NCBI RefSeq assembly: GCF_016432865.1 | Contig: NC_067399.1 | Coordinates: 498,542,001-498,606,000 of the forward strand | Direction of reading: 5' to 3' | Source of the DNA: Antechinus flavipes | Lineage: Eukaryota | DNA: 64,000 nucleotides | Part shown: positions 1 to 28,900 of the stretch, in pieces | Layout: every line of letters starts with the position of its first letter | Numbering within the stretch: the stretch's first letter is position 1 | Notes under the pieces: generated by a model | Databases searched by the model: none | What the model saw: only the letters and a program-made list of their open reading frames with translations | What the model was told of the DNA's origin: nothing | Program-made: the position numbers and the translations under genes

Positions 1-360
1 AGATATATACAATGATTACAACAGTGGAAATGGAAATAACAACAATGAAGGAGAAACTGAATTCTGTGTAATTATTACCACCAAGCTGGGCTCTGGAGAA
101 GAGCTGATCAAACTATTCCCTTCATTGCAAATGTGGAGGGCTATGGGTAGAGAATATTGCATATACTATTGGACATACTTGAAGTATTGTTAATTTTTAT
201 TTTCTCCCCATTCCCACCTCACCTAGTTTTCCTTTAAAATCTTTGTTATATGAGTTGGTTCACTGGGTATGAGATGGCAAGAGATGTGTTCAAAAATCAG
301 TGTGCTAATAGAAACAAAGGGCATAAATACAAATAAGGTAAAAATCTTTTAAAATAAAAG
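1..360 (+). mobile_element. Old marsupial LINE-1-like 3' fragment
   Basis: Resemblance to old marsupial L1 3'UTRs ending in an A-rich tract; the family was judged from memory. Confidence 0.45.
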
Positions 361-494
361 CCCAATTTTTAGGAAGTATCTGCAGAAATGCAGAGGGTTG
401 TAAGTGTGGGCAAAGGAGAGATTTTTGCATATTTAAGTGAAGCAAGAAAGGATAGGAAAAACTAATTAAATACAGTCCCAACTTGGAGGAGGTC

Positions 495-596
495 AGTTTT
501 TCTTTAAACTCCTTCTCTGCCTGTTACTATGTATAGAGAGGGGAGCTTCCTTAGCAACAGCTTGACCTTTTAAAGGGGCAGCAGCTACAGTTAGCG
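495..596 (+). promoter_or_regulatory. CFAP157 copy A proximal promoter with RFX X-box-like half-sites
   Basis: GTTACTATG at 523-531, CTTCCTTAGCAAC ending at 558 and TTTTAAA at 568-574. The same motifs occur in the same order upstream of copy B. RFX/FOXJ1 control of motile-cilia genes is established. Confidence 0.65.
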
Positions 597-9207
<8,611 letters not shown>

Positions 9208-11189
9208 TTTCCCTTTCTCCATTCCTTGGCCCTCAGCTCTAGCAAAGGGGGAAGTAAAAGAAGAAATGCATGAAGAAGAAATGCAGGCTTGAATTTGGTG
9301 GACTCATCTTTATTTCCTGGGCAAGGGTGGGAGAGAAGGTAAATGTTTTATAAAATGGTTATTACACAGAAATGGAAGAGAATCCATGCTGGTGACTGAG
9401 CCCTCCCCTCCTCTGCTATTGAATCCGTGCTCCTTAAAATAGAAGCCCTGGTGCCTGCCCTATGGTATGGTGTCAGAGAGAACCCTCCCAAGGTAAGACT
9501 GCTTCATGAGTCACCCCTCCACCAACCCCATCCTAGTGGGTCAACCCTGAGAGGCTGATGAGGCCAAATATGGTTTCTCGGGCCAAAAAAGTGAAAGGAA
9601 CACTTCAGGAAATTCTGGCAGAGTAGAAAGAGTTTAGAGAAACCTTCCACGAGGGAGTGAAGAACAGAACTGAGTACTTCTTAGAATGTTGGCAGTGCCA
9701 ACCAGGAAGAGTCAGGCCATGCTAGACGGATCCAAGCAAGAAAAAATCCCTTTGTAGAATACTTCCCCACTACAAATGTCGAGCCTAAGAGAGAGTTCCT
9801 TTCTTTCAGCCCCTTATCTCAAGACTGAGTCCTCCACAGGGAGGTGCTCTCTAGGTAAAGGTGCAGTATCCAGAAACGTCAGGACAGGTCTCTGGGAGAA
9901 CAAAGAAGAGCAGATGCCTGAGTTGAATCAACTGATGAAGGACTATGACTCTGCTGTGATTCCTTTCCAAGCAAATCTAGAAAAACTGAGTGTTTGACAT
10001 CAGAGAGTACATGAGAAAGGGGGAGGAGAGGTGCCTTATACTCCACCTTCCCTGGAACTGCCCCACCCAGTCCACAAGTATTTGTTCAGTGCCTCCTGTG
10101 GGCCAAACACTGGGGTACAAGGATGGAGAAATCTCTCCTCACAAGAACTTCCATTCTAAAGGATGGTGTTGCCAAGAAACCGTACACCGGCTGGCTTCTC
10201 CCAACATCATCACGAGGTAGGGGAAGAGAGAGTTATTGGTGGCAAAAGTGAGGTCCACTTTGGGAGAGGGCTCCAAGCCGGCCACTTAGGGAAGGAAGGT
10301 GGAGCTCCAGGAGGGGCGCTGCCTCTCAGGGTGGGGGAGGGACCTTGGATCCTTCCCCTAATGTCTTCTCTGACTTCCTAGATAGTTTTTGCTTTGGGGT
10401 TACTTGCCCATTCTACAAGGCATCCCTAATGGATGGATGTGCTTGGCCCTAGCTCATACATCTTGTCTTCTCAAAGAGACAGAAGGGCTAAGGAGAATGA
10501 AGGTAACAGAGAGCTCAGGTGAAATTTTGCCCTTTACCATTCATATCCCATCTCCCATACTGAAAGCCCTGCACTCTGTGCCCCTTTGTCTGGGACCTTT
10601 CCTTGGGGCTGGGGAAGACAGTAGCTCCCCTTCCCCAGCAGGACAAGGAGCCTCTCCCACTTCCTGTGCCCGCACCAGCCTGGGCTGCAGCATACCCATC
10701 TATGAGCTGTGGTAGGGTTTGAGGAACTGCCTCAGCTGGGCCTTCCTCAGGTGCGCAGAAGCCCCATCGGTGCAGCCTTGGTGCTGCTGCTTCCCCGGGA
10801 ATCCCACTTGCAGGCAGTGTGATGCGGCAGAACACTGGATTTTGAGTTGGCAGATCTGGGTTCAGAACCTACATAAGACAAACCAGTTCTTTAAGCCTCC
10901 ATTTCCTCATGTATTACCTGAGGGACACCTGAGGCTTCTCCTAGCTCTAAATCGACCACCCAATGATGCTGCTTAATGTTCAATTGCCAGGCAGCTGGAA
11001 ACACACCACCCATCATACCCTGTGGCTGCCTGGAGTTGTCGGGGCTGCTGCTCTGACACTCAGAACAACACTGGCCACAGGGAATCAGGGCTGCGAGAAA
11101 TCTTCATACAAGCGCCTTGAAAGCCACCTCAGGCTGGGTCAAGAGCTTAACATTCACTGTCTCATTTCAGTTCCATATCTAGAGGCAGC

Positions 11190-11635
11190 TGGGTAGCTTT
11201 GGAGGTAGGAAGACTTGAATTCAAGTCCTGCCTCAGACACTTCCTATATCTGATTCTGGGCAAGTCACTTCACCTCAGTCTGCCTCAGTTTCCTCATCTG
11301 TAAATTGGGGATAATAATAGTCTCTACCTCCCAGGATGTTTGTGAGGATCAGATGAAATCATATTTGTAAAGCACATTATAAACTTTAAAGCACAATATA
11401 AATGCTAGCTATTCCTATTTTGGGGTGCCACTAAGTGGCTTGCCAGGTCTGAAGTCAGGAAGACCTGAGATTACATTAGACATTTACTAGTTTGTGACCC
11501 TGGGCAAGTCACTTAATCCTCTTTGCTTCAGTTTCCTAATCTGTAAAATAAGTTAAAGAAGGAAATGGTAAACCACTAAAACCCCAAAATGGGGTCATGA
11601 AAAGAGTCAGGTATGACTGAATAACTACTATTATT
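11190..11635 (+). mobile_element. Adjacent MIR and MAR1-type CORE-SINEs
   Basis: CORE sequence gggcaagtcacttcacctc..cagtttcctcatctgtaaa occurs twice; the second copy ends in the aaggaaatggtaaaccac..ggggtcatgaa tail. Confidence 0.75.
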
Positions 11636-12657
11636 ATGTCTTCAAGGACTGGGGGAAAGGGGGGCATGCAACACATACATAAATGAGTAAATAAAAAGTA
11701 ATTTCTAGAGGGAAGATGGGGGGAAGTGATGCATTAATCAATGAGGGATTCAAGAAAGATCTCTTATTGAAAGGGGCACCTGAACTGAAAGGAGCTAAAA
11801 ATTCCAAGAGGCAGAGATGAGCAGGGAAGGCATTCCTAGGCACAGAGAATGGAGTGGTCAAAAACCCAGAGCTGAGAGATGGACCATCATGCACAAAAAA
11901 ACCCAAGTAAATCAGTTTGACTGAAACATGGTGGAAAATGTGCTTTCAGCCTCCAAAGTGCTGAAACCAGACTGTGAAGGATTCCAAATGCTCAGTGGAA
12001 TCTTACTTTTTTAAAGCAGGAGGAAGCCAGGAGCTTCTTGAACAAGGGAATGAGTCCTGTTTTAGGATTGCTGGTTTGGCAAATCTATGGAACCTGGGTC
12101 ATGAAGACAAAAGCACAGGAAGACCCAGCAGGAGTCTGTTGCCAATAGTCAAATGAGTAATGATAAAGGCCTGATCCTCAGTGACCTTAGAATGTGGATA
12201 GGAATTATTATTCCTATCATGGTAGTATGTTGTCAATCAATAAACATTCATTATTGAGTCCCAGGAGTGCTCATGTGGTTTACCAAGTTGGGTCTAGCAC
12301 TCAAGACTCCCAACTCTCAGTTCAGGCACCTTACCCTAGCATGCTGAAAGAACTTTATCTGTAAAATGAGTTGAAGAAAACAGCAAACCACTCCAGAATC
12401 TCTGCCAAGAAAACCCCAATGGGGCCACAAGACACAATTACTATTATTATGATTATGTCTTCAAGAACCTTACAATTTACTGGGTGATGGAGGCATATGA
12501 TACTTACATAAATGAGGAATGGAGGTTCCTACCTGTTGTCCCTCAGGAATTTCTGTACCCAGATCTTTCCCTGCTCCTTTCCCAAACACTTTGGGTGCCA
12601 TTTAAGGGTTAGTTTTGCTCCTTTAAAGTTCTTTCATCCTTATCAAAAAGTCATTCC

Positions 12658-13159
12658 TATTATTGTTTTATAAGAAATAATCAGCAGGATGATTTCAGAG
12701 AGGCCTAGAGAGATTTACATGAACTGATACTAAATGTAATGAGGAGAACCAGAAGATCATTATACACGGCAACATCAATATTATACAATGATCAATTCTG
12801 ATGGATGTGGCTCTTTTCAACAATGAGGTGATTCAGACCAGTTCCCATGTACTTGTGATGGAAAGAGCCATATGTACCCAAGGAGAGTTCTGTGGGGACT
12901 GAGTGTGGATTACAACATAGCATTTTCACTTTGTTGTTGGCTTGCATTTTCTTTCTCATTTTTTTCCTTTTTGATCTGATTTTTCTTGTGCAGCATGATA
13001 ATTGTAGAAATGTGTGCACTTATTTAACACAGATTACTTGCCGTTTAGGGGAGGGGATGGGGGGAATGGATGGAAAAAATTTGGAACACAAGGTTTTGTA
13101 AGGGTTAATGTTTAAAATTATCTACGTGTATGTTTTGAAAATAAAAAGCTTTAATAAAA
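12658..13159 (+). mobile_element. LINE-1 3' fragment (older subfamily) with a 13-bp TSD
   Basis: End of ORF2 plus 3'UTR and poly-A; TSD AAAAAGTCATTCC at 12645-12657 and 13160-13172. Confidence 0.9.
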
Positions 13160-13279
13160 AAAAAGTCATTCCAGACAACTTCACATAAGCCAGTCCTGTC
13201 CTAGGCACTATAAGGTAAATGGAGGAAAAGATATGAAATTTACCCTTAAGCGATTCTTTATCTGTGTACATAGGAATGA

Positions 13280-14050
13280 ATGAAAAAATGAATATTTGAG
13301 CACTCACTATGTATTAAGCATTGTGCTAAGAGCAGTGGGTTCCAAATATAAATATATCAGTCCCAGTCTTTAATTAGAGTGCAGGTTCCAGGTGTGGAAC
13401 AGTAAGTTCTATTAAGGGGAGGGGGAAAGAGAGTCAAAGTGCAAGCAGCATGGTTTGAAACAAAAGACTTAGAAAGTAATAGCATTTAGCATTTTAAGAT
13501 TTACAAAGTACCTTTCAAATGCTTTCACAATAAGCCTGTGAAGTAGATGCTCCCCATCTTTGATTAAGAAAAACATTAAGTGTCCAGAGGTCTCTAAAAA
13601 ACAAGAATGTAAAAGACAAGATGGCATATGATCAAGGACTCAATTTTGTGTGACAGGAAGAATTTAAAGGGACAATCAGCTATCTTTAAAAGAACAAAGC
13701 CTGGATTAAGAATCATCATCTTGTGAGACCGTAAGCCTCAGGAAGACAAACTGCCATCTTAAGACAGGATGGTTTAGAGAGATAAGATAAGGAGAATAGC
13801 TTGGATATTGCATAGTCCAGGAGTGAAATAAAATAGGTTTACAAATTAGAAAAGGTGAATGTGGAAAGGAAAAATGTGGAATATATGCTAGGGAATGCAT
13901 TTTTGTCTGCCCAGATGAATGCAGCAGGATGTGGGAGTTGATGCAAGAATGTTCTAATGCGAGGTGAGAAGTAGCATTAAAAGGCACAACTTGGTGACTG
14001 TCAACTTTGTCCCTCCTCCTCCCACCCCTAAACTCTAACTGAGCTCCTTG
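13280..14050 (-). mobile_element. LINE-2 fragment(s)
   Basis: Begins with the reverse-complemented L2 3' end (gaatgaatgaa..tttgagcactcactatg..cattgtgctaag) and continues in purine-rich L2-like sequence. Confidence 0.65.
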
Positions 14051-15134
14051 TTCACTTTCTGGGTTCAATGGCAGTCTAGCAGGCATGCTCTAAAATAATC
14101 TCAAAAATTAATATAAAAATATTTAAAATTCTCTACACTTGAACTCCCATTTTTCCTCATTGGCTGGCTCCCTCCTCCCCACCATCTCCAATTCCACTCC
14201 CCCAACTCTTGGATTACACAAGACACTGTTAATGGCCATGTAACTGATTAGCAGTTTAAAAGAGTATTGAAAAGTAGGCATTAAAACAATGTGTAGCAAG
14301 CATCCCTGACAATTTCTTTCTTTCCCTTTCCTCCAGCACCCTTCTTCCCCATTCATCAGAGGGGGATGAGAGGTGGTCGGCTAGATAAAGGAGGTCCAGA
14401 TCTTCTTAGTTCAGAACCCTGGGAAGGAATGGGGAGAAAGAAGCCAGAGATTGGACATAATTAACTCACACTGCCCAAAGCTGCTAGTTGGACCTAATCT
14501 TGCCACCCCCCCCCCCCAGCGCCACTACTTGACTCTAGTCTGCTCCTGTGCAAAATTCTTTGCTCTCCCCCAAATCTCTTCACCTTGACACCGCCACCAA
14601 GGAACACCCAGTTACAGCTGGCTTTCCCTGCCTTAGATTGTGAGAAGTAACGCACTGATCCCATAGCTTCCTTCCTTCAGTGGAAGCTTGGAAAGCATCA
14701 TGGTCTGTGGTCTCAGAAATAATGCGCAGTAGGAGAACCAAGTGCGCATTCTAGCTTCTACACCCGTCCCTCTTTAGGAGGCTGTCCTGGTCGGGCCACA
14801 CTTATTCCCGTTCCTGGGAGAAGAAGCTGCGATTCCGGGCCCACTGTAACACAATCGGGCTGCGTGGGCCTGGGCCGGGCCCGGCACTGACGAGGGAGCT
14901 CTCTGAGACTGCCCACTGCCGAGTAGGTACTGACCTGTGGCTGCCAAACGTCTCCCTGGGACTTCCCTCACACCAATGAAATCACACATTGGAACTGAAA
15001 AAGAAAGACAGACATTTATGTAGCACTTGAAGGCTCTCCAAGTCCTTTCTTCCTTACAATCCTGTGAGGTCAGGAAAGGAAAAGGGAGTAGAGCCAAGGC
15101 CGAATCCAGGCATTGCTCTGGGAAGGGGCAGGGC

Positions 15135-15269
15135 TCCTTTAAATCCATCTCCTCACTCTCCCCCTGTTGCTATGTATAGAACTCAGTGGGGGTGGGGAGC
15201 AGCTTCCTTAGCAACAGCTTGGCCTTTTAAAGGGGCAGCAGTAGCCAAAGCCTCAAGGTCCTAGCCGCC
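15135..15269 (+). promoter_or_regulatory. CFAP157 copy B proximal promoter with RFX X-box-like half-sites
   Basis: GTTGCTATG at 15166-15174, CTTCCTTAGCAAC ending at 15215, then TTTTAAAGGGGCAGCAG, nearly identical to the copy A promoter. Confidence 0.65.
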
Positions 15270-24022
<8,753 letters not shown>

Positions 24023-24261
24023 ATGGCTCATAAATTAGTGATTACATAGGTGTGGTAGATCTCATATGGGAGGGTGGGAAGAGCGCAACAATGTGGGTCA
24101 GGAGAACCTGGGCCCTGGGTGCACGTTACCTCAAGCTTGGGTCGTGGGGCTGGAATGCCAAGGCTCTGCCCTGCGCGCTACCCAACGAGGCAAGGAGAGG
24201 CTGCCCTTGCCCATGGCGGGGGAACAGTCCTTCATAAGTCGTGGCCAGTGCGGTGCGTCCG

Positions 24262-27200
24262 TCAGGAGGGGCTTGGGGGCGTGGTCCCCGCCAGGCTCCG
24301 CTGGTGGATGTGGCTCAGAAGCAGCTCCGTCGCCTGCTCCAGAAGCTGGGGCAGCCGTTCCTGCTCGGCTGCTGTGAACCTGTCCAACACGTACCGCTCC
24401 ACGGCCCCTGGGTGGGTAGGTCGCCCAATGCCCACTCGGAGCCGGGGCATGACCTGTGAAGTACAGGGGTAAGTGCTAGAGCACTGGCAGCCGTCTGCTA
24501 CCTCAAGCTTGGACTGCGGTTCTCCCCAGTGCGGCTAGAACGCCAAGGCTCGGCCCCGCGCTGCTCCAGGCAAGGAGAGGCTGCCCGTGCCCATGGCGAG
24601 GAACAGTCCCACATGAGCTGTGGCCAGCAGGAGGCCAATGTCACGTCAGGAAGAGACCCTCTCAGCTGGAGCAGAAGCTCTGCTTATGATGGCGGCCAGC
24701 CTAACCCTCAGCTCTCTCGGTACCTTCAAGCCCCTACCCAGGTACCACTCTGCCAGGAACCCCTCAAGGCGATGTGAGGAAGGGGCACAGAAGAAAAGGA
24801 ACAAGCACTGCTTTAGGGTGAAGCAAACAGAAGAGCAGCCCTCTGACACGTAGGGAGTAATGTAGTATAGTGACTCTTTTCCTCCAGGATCCCGTGTGGC
24901 AGGGGCTGGTGAATCCGAGGACAGAAAGGGCTACAGGAGGACAGCAAGGTCAGGACAGAATAGGGATTGATGGGACACAGGAGTTCCAGCAGAGACCATT
25001 AGACCCAGGGAATGCTACAGTACCCTAGTGTGGAAGACTTACATTTGAGTTGAGACAGCTGATGCAAGATCGAACCCCATTGTGACCCCTTTCAAGACAA
25101 AACCCAGAAAAAACAAATGTCAAATTCATTAGTGAAATCCTAAAATGACAAAAATGACAGAAATGAGGAGACGCAATGACAGCATAACTCCTTCCATGAC
25201 ATTACAAAGGACGTGTAAGACTCATACCACCTCTTTCCAACATTTCCAAAAGGGAAATAAGCCAGTGATTAACTTACTTTACAGATGGGAAAATTAGGGT
25301 TAACACTAGGGAACAAAGGATTTCTTGCCTTGGCCCCAAGGTGAGAATCTTTTGGGGATACCTGAGGACCCTAGCTTCCTCACCTCGCACTGCCCCCCAG
25401 CTTCATGGCTAGTTTCCCCAGTGGCTTGTCCAGCTCATCATGCACCAAGTAGATGTCTTCGGCTGCCAGCTGATACATCTTGGCTTCCCACAGAAACAAG
25501 AGTAGGATGGATGAGGGCGGGCACAGAGAACCAGGATTGGCCCTATACTCCTTCCCCACCAAGTTAAAACACACCTCAGGAACCTCTGCCATGAAGTTAT
25601 CTCTAGGGGGAAACCCAGCATCTAATGAACGTCATGGGCCAGAAGCTAGAGAACCAGAATCAAGTGCCAGCAGTCCCTCCTCCCCCAAGGCAGGGAAGGT
25701 GAAACCTCTCACCAGCCTGGGCCACACTGTGCCCATTGACATTCATAAACTGGCGCGGTTTGAGAAGCACCAGCTCAGCCTCTCCAAGGCAGGCAATGGC
25801 CACATCTGCACAGCACTGACGCTGCCTCCTCCACTGGTCAGCTACATTCAGGTGCTTGGCCAGCTGGTTCAGCACAGCCATGCCCACACTGTGCCGTGTG
25901 CCCTGGAACCCGTAGTTGCCTAGACCAGCCACCTGTGGGTCAAAAAAGAACTGGCTGCCACCTGCTACTTCACTACTCACCTGTTTCCTCCCACATCTCT
26001 ACTGAAACTGTTAAGTTTCACTGATCTATCACCAAATCCCAAAGCTGTTTTCCCCCCCCAGAGCCTCACTCTTCTAGAATTTTCCCTATTCTGACACTGC
26101 TGACTAGTCCTGCTGCTCTGGTGCCAAAAATGCTGTTAGTTTTACATTTATGTCCCCCTTTCTCCAACCCTGCTCCCTATCATCTCTCACCTGTACTACT
26201 GCAAGAGCCTTCTTATTGACCTTGTCTCAGTGTCTCCTTACTCCCATTTACCCTCCATTTAGCTGTCAAGTTAACCTTCCTAAAGAACTGTAGTGGCTCC
26301 GTCTCACCTCAAATCCAGAGCCTTCCACAATCCAACCCCTTCCCACCTTTCTAGTTTTCTTATTCTTCCCTCCCCCTCAAAGTCTGCTGGTGATACCATG
26401 AAACCAGCCCTCTTGCCATCCTCCCACAAGCCAGTCCCCCTCCTTGGGACTGGAAGGTAGTCTCATCTCTTAAACTTGAACAGGTCTGAGAAGCCTTTCC
26501 TGATCCCCCTTATATGTGCTGTATATATCCTGTATATAGCTGTTTTCATGTTGGCTCCCATAGTGGATAGTTGAGTTCCCTGAAATCAAGGGCTATCTTT
26601 TTCCTTCTCTTCATCAGCCACTTAGCACAGCTCCTGGTGCACAACAGATGCTTAATAAATGCTTACGACTGCCTGCTTCAAGAATCTCATTTTCTTTACC
26701 TGTTCTTCCTCCTCCCAGAAGCTTTCTTTTGTTCTTTCTATGTTCCTAATATGAATATCCCCCAAGGTGGGAAACCCTCTGTCTTTATACTTTATTCATA
26801 ATTTTCTCTGGTGACAACCACCACCTCTGTGCAGATAATCCCCAAATCTGTACTCCAGCCCTGACTTCTCATGTTCTGAGTAGTGCTAAATCCCTCTAGC
26901 CCATCTCCACCTGGAGGTCCCAATGGCATTTCAAATCCAACATCTCCATCTTTCCCCCCAAATCTACTTGGCTTTTACTTGGATGGCACTGGCAGCACTG
27001 GCTGAGTAGCTAGGTGATTGTAACTCTTAGACTTCTCTTTGATTCTGACCTCTCATGATCAGTTAACAGGCTCTGTGTTGAGCTTTCCAAATCATTTCTG
27101 GAAGTTCATGCAAGTCCTTACACATCCTGCCTGGACTATCACAGCCACTTCTGATCTCTTCCCTGTTCCAATCTATCCTATTTGACATGGCCCAAATAAT

Positions 27201-28251
27201 TTTTGTCAGATTAATTTTGATCAATTTTCTGCTCAAAATTTTTCTGTGGTTTTCAACAAACTGGTAATATTTAAATCTTTAATTTTTAAGAACTTTCCCA
27301 ATCTGGCAATGCCTTTTCTTTCATTTTCCTCCTCCCTTTTCACATTTGGTTAAAAAATAATACTCTGCCCCACAATTTCTCAAACCTCTATGTCTTTGTT
27401 AATCTAGCCTTCATTCCTGTAGTATCATCCCTTCCCTCTTCACCTACTAGGAACTCTTTTTTGAACTTAAGTCTTCTAGAAGGTGACAATGATTCTGACG
27501 TCACAAAGCACTGTCTTATTCTTTAATAACATATTAGATCACAGCTATAATATGCACTATTACATGAACATCTGCTTGTATTCTATCCTAACAGACTGCT
27601 CTAAATTTCTTTAGGGCAGAGGTCCTTAACTTTTTTTATTTTTTGCTGTTATGAATTCTGATGCTTATAACTTTAAAAAGCCATAACTGAAATAAATGCC
27701 AAATTTCGTTTAGAAACCAGTGATAATACTAAAGCTATCTTTTTTTCCCCAATCCAAATCCGCGGATCCCCTGGAACCCCCGCTTTAGGGCAAGGATCAT
27801 GCTTCCCCTAAACGTGGCAACAACCCTAGCACTGTGGGGTTTTTGGAGCGTTTTTCTGTCCACATTAGACACTTCAGGAAAGGAAGGGTCCCCTCTTTCC
27901 CTGTCCCATGCTTAGGGTGGGGCAGTAGATAAAAGTGGAGGTAGAGGGTCGGGACTCAAATCCAGTCTCTACTAAGCCCTTAGGCTAGTCAGTCGGTGGA
28001 CTTAGGGGCCTCAGTTTGCTAAACTGTAAAGTACACTCCGGAATCCCGGCCACTTCTCCCTTCCGTCCTCTAGCACGGGGTGCTGGGGCCTGGGATCCCG
28101 GGGGTCCCTCCGGCTCCACCCCTCGGCCCCACCTCCCTCCCGGCCTCCTCCGTACACTTACCAGCCACCTCTTCCCGGGAGGCCGCGGCTCGGGGCCAGC
28201 TCGGCTCATTCCCCGGCCCAGCCGAGTCCACAGCAGCCCCGAGCGAGTCAT
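24262..28251 (-). CDS. PTRH1: Peptidyl-tRNA hydrolase 1 homolog, 5 coding exons, 215 aa
   Basis: Exons 28251-28162, 25932-25713, 25483-25384, 25088-25043, 24453-24262 (648 nt). Pth motifs VAGLGN, TRHSVG, MNVNG, LVHDELD, GHNGVRS and RLRVGIGRP are present and all phases are consistent. Confidence 0.96.
26080..26665 (+). mobile_element. LINE-2 3' fragment
   Basis: Pyrimidine-rich body ending in cttagcacagctcctgg..gcttaataaatgct. Confidence 0.7.
27617..27790 (+). mobile_element. MER5/Charlie-like hAT remnant
   Basis: cagaggtccttaactttt..gcggatcccctgg..; terminal-repeat-like start. Confidence 0.45.
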
Positions 28252-28900
28252 GACTCCCTTCTCCACCTCCTCCTTTTACTCTCTGGCGGCTCCCATTCAC
28301 CATGAGGGTCCCGCCCCTTGACGTCAGTGAGGCGTCCAACCAATTACGGCCTCGTCCCATTGCTCCTGCCCCGGACGACCTCGCCCACCCTCCCTCTCTC
28401 GCGGAACAGTGCCGAGGAGTCGAGGGCGGCGCTTGCGCACTGTCTTAGGCGGGCCGGGCGCGCGGGGGCTCCTCTGCTAGTGGGCGAGGATTTGGGGGAG
28501 GCGGAAGCGGTGGAAGGTCCGAACCAGAATGCGTGGCCGTCTATACTGCAAGATGTCTCCGAGAGCCAGTTGGCCGTGGACCAGCATAAGGGCCACTCCA
28601 AGAGACCCAAGAAGGAAATTTCCAGTCGAAGGTGAAGAGCCGACTACTCCCTCGAACTCCGCCCCCGGGATACTCCAGGATGCGCGGCCAGCCCGCATGC
28701 CCTGGTCCTCTTGCGGCGGAGCCTGGGAAGCGCACGCCCTCGGACATCCCCTCCTCCCTCGTGGGAAGCCGGGTGGAGTTCCTTACCTAGCTCTGGCACC
28801 TGCCCGGTCCGCTGGGCGTGAGCCTTTTCCTAAAGGTCCCTTCCCACCTCTTAAGCAGCAAGCTGGGGGCGGGGCCGGGGAAGCGTTTCCATTATCCCAT
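28000..28900. promoter_or_regulatory. CpG island / bidirectional promoter of PTRH1 (-) and TTC16 (+)
   Basis: High CpG density. GC box CCCGCCCC at 28310-28317, full CRE TGACGTCA at 28319-28326 and CCAAT at 28340-28344, lying between the divergent genes. Confidence 0.85.

Noticed and set aside
9776-9997. 73-aa ORF with a protein-like stretch (KEEQMPELNQLMKDYDS) after CFAP157-A
   Set aside because: No recognisable homology, an upstream in-frame stop and no convincing splice context. A BLASTX search would settle it.
28252-28266. GTG-initiated N-terminal extension of PTRH1
   Set aside because: The ATG at 28251 has adequate context and gives the expected protein length of about 215 aa.
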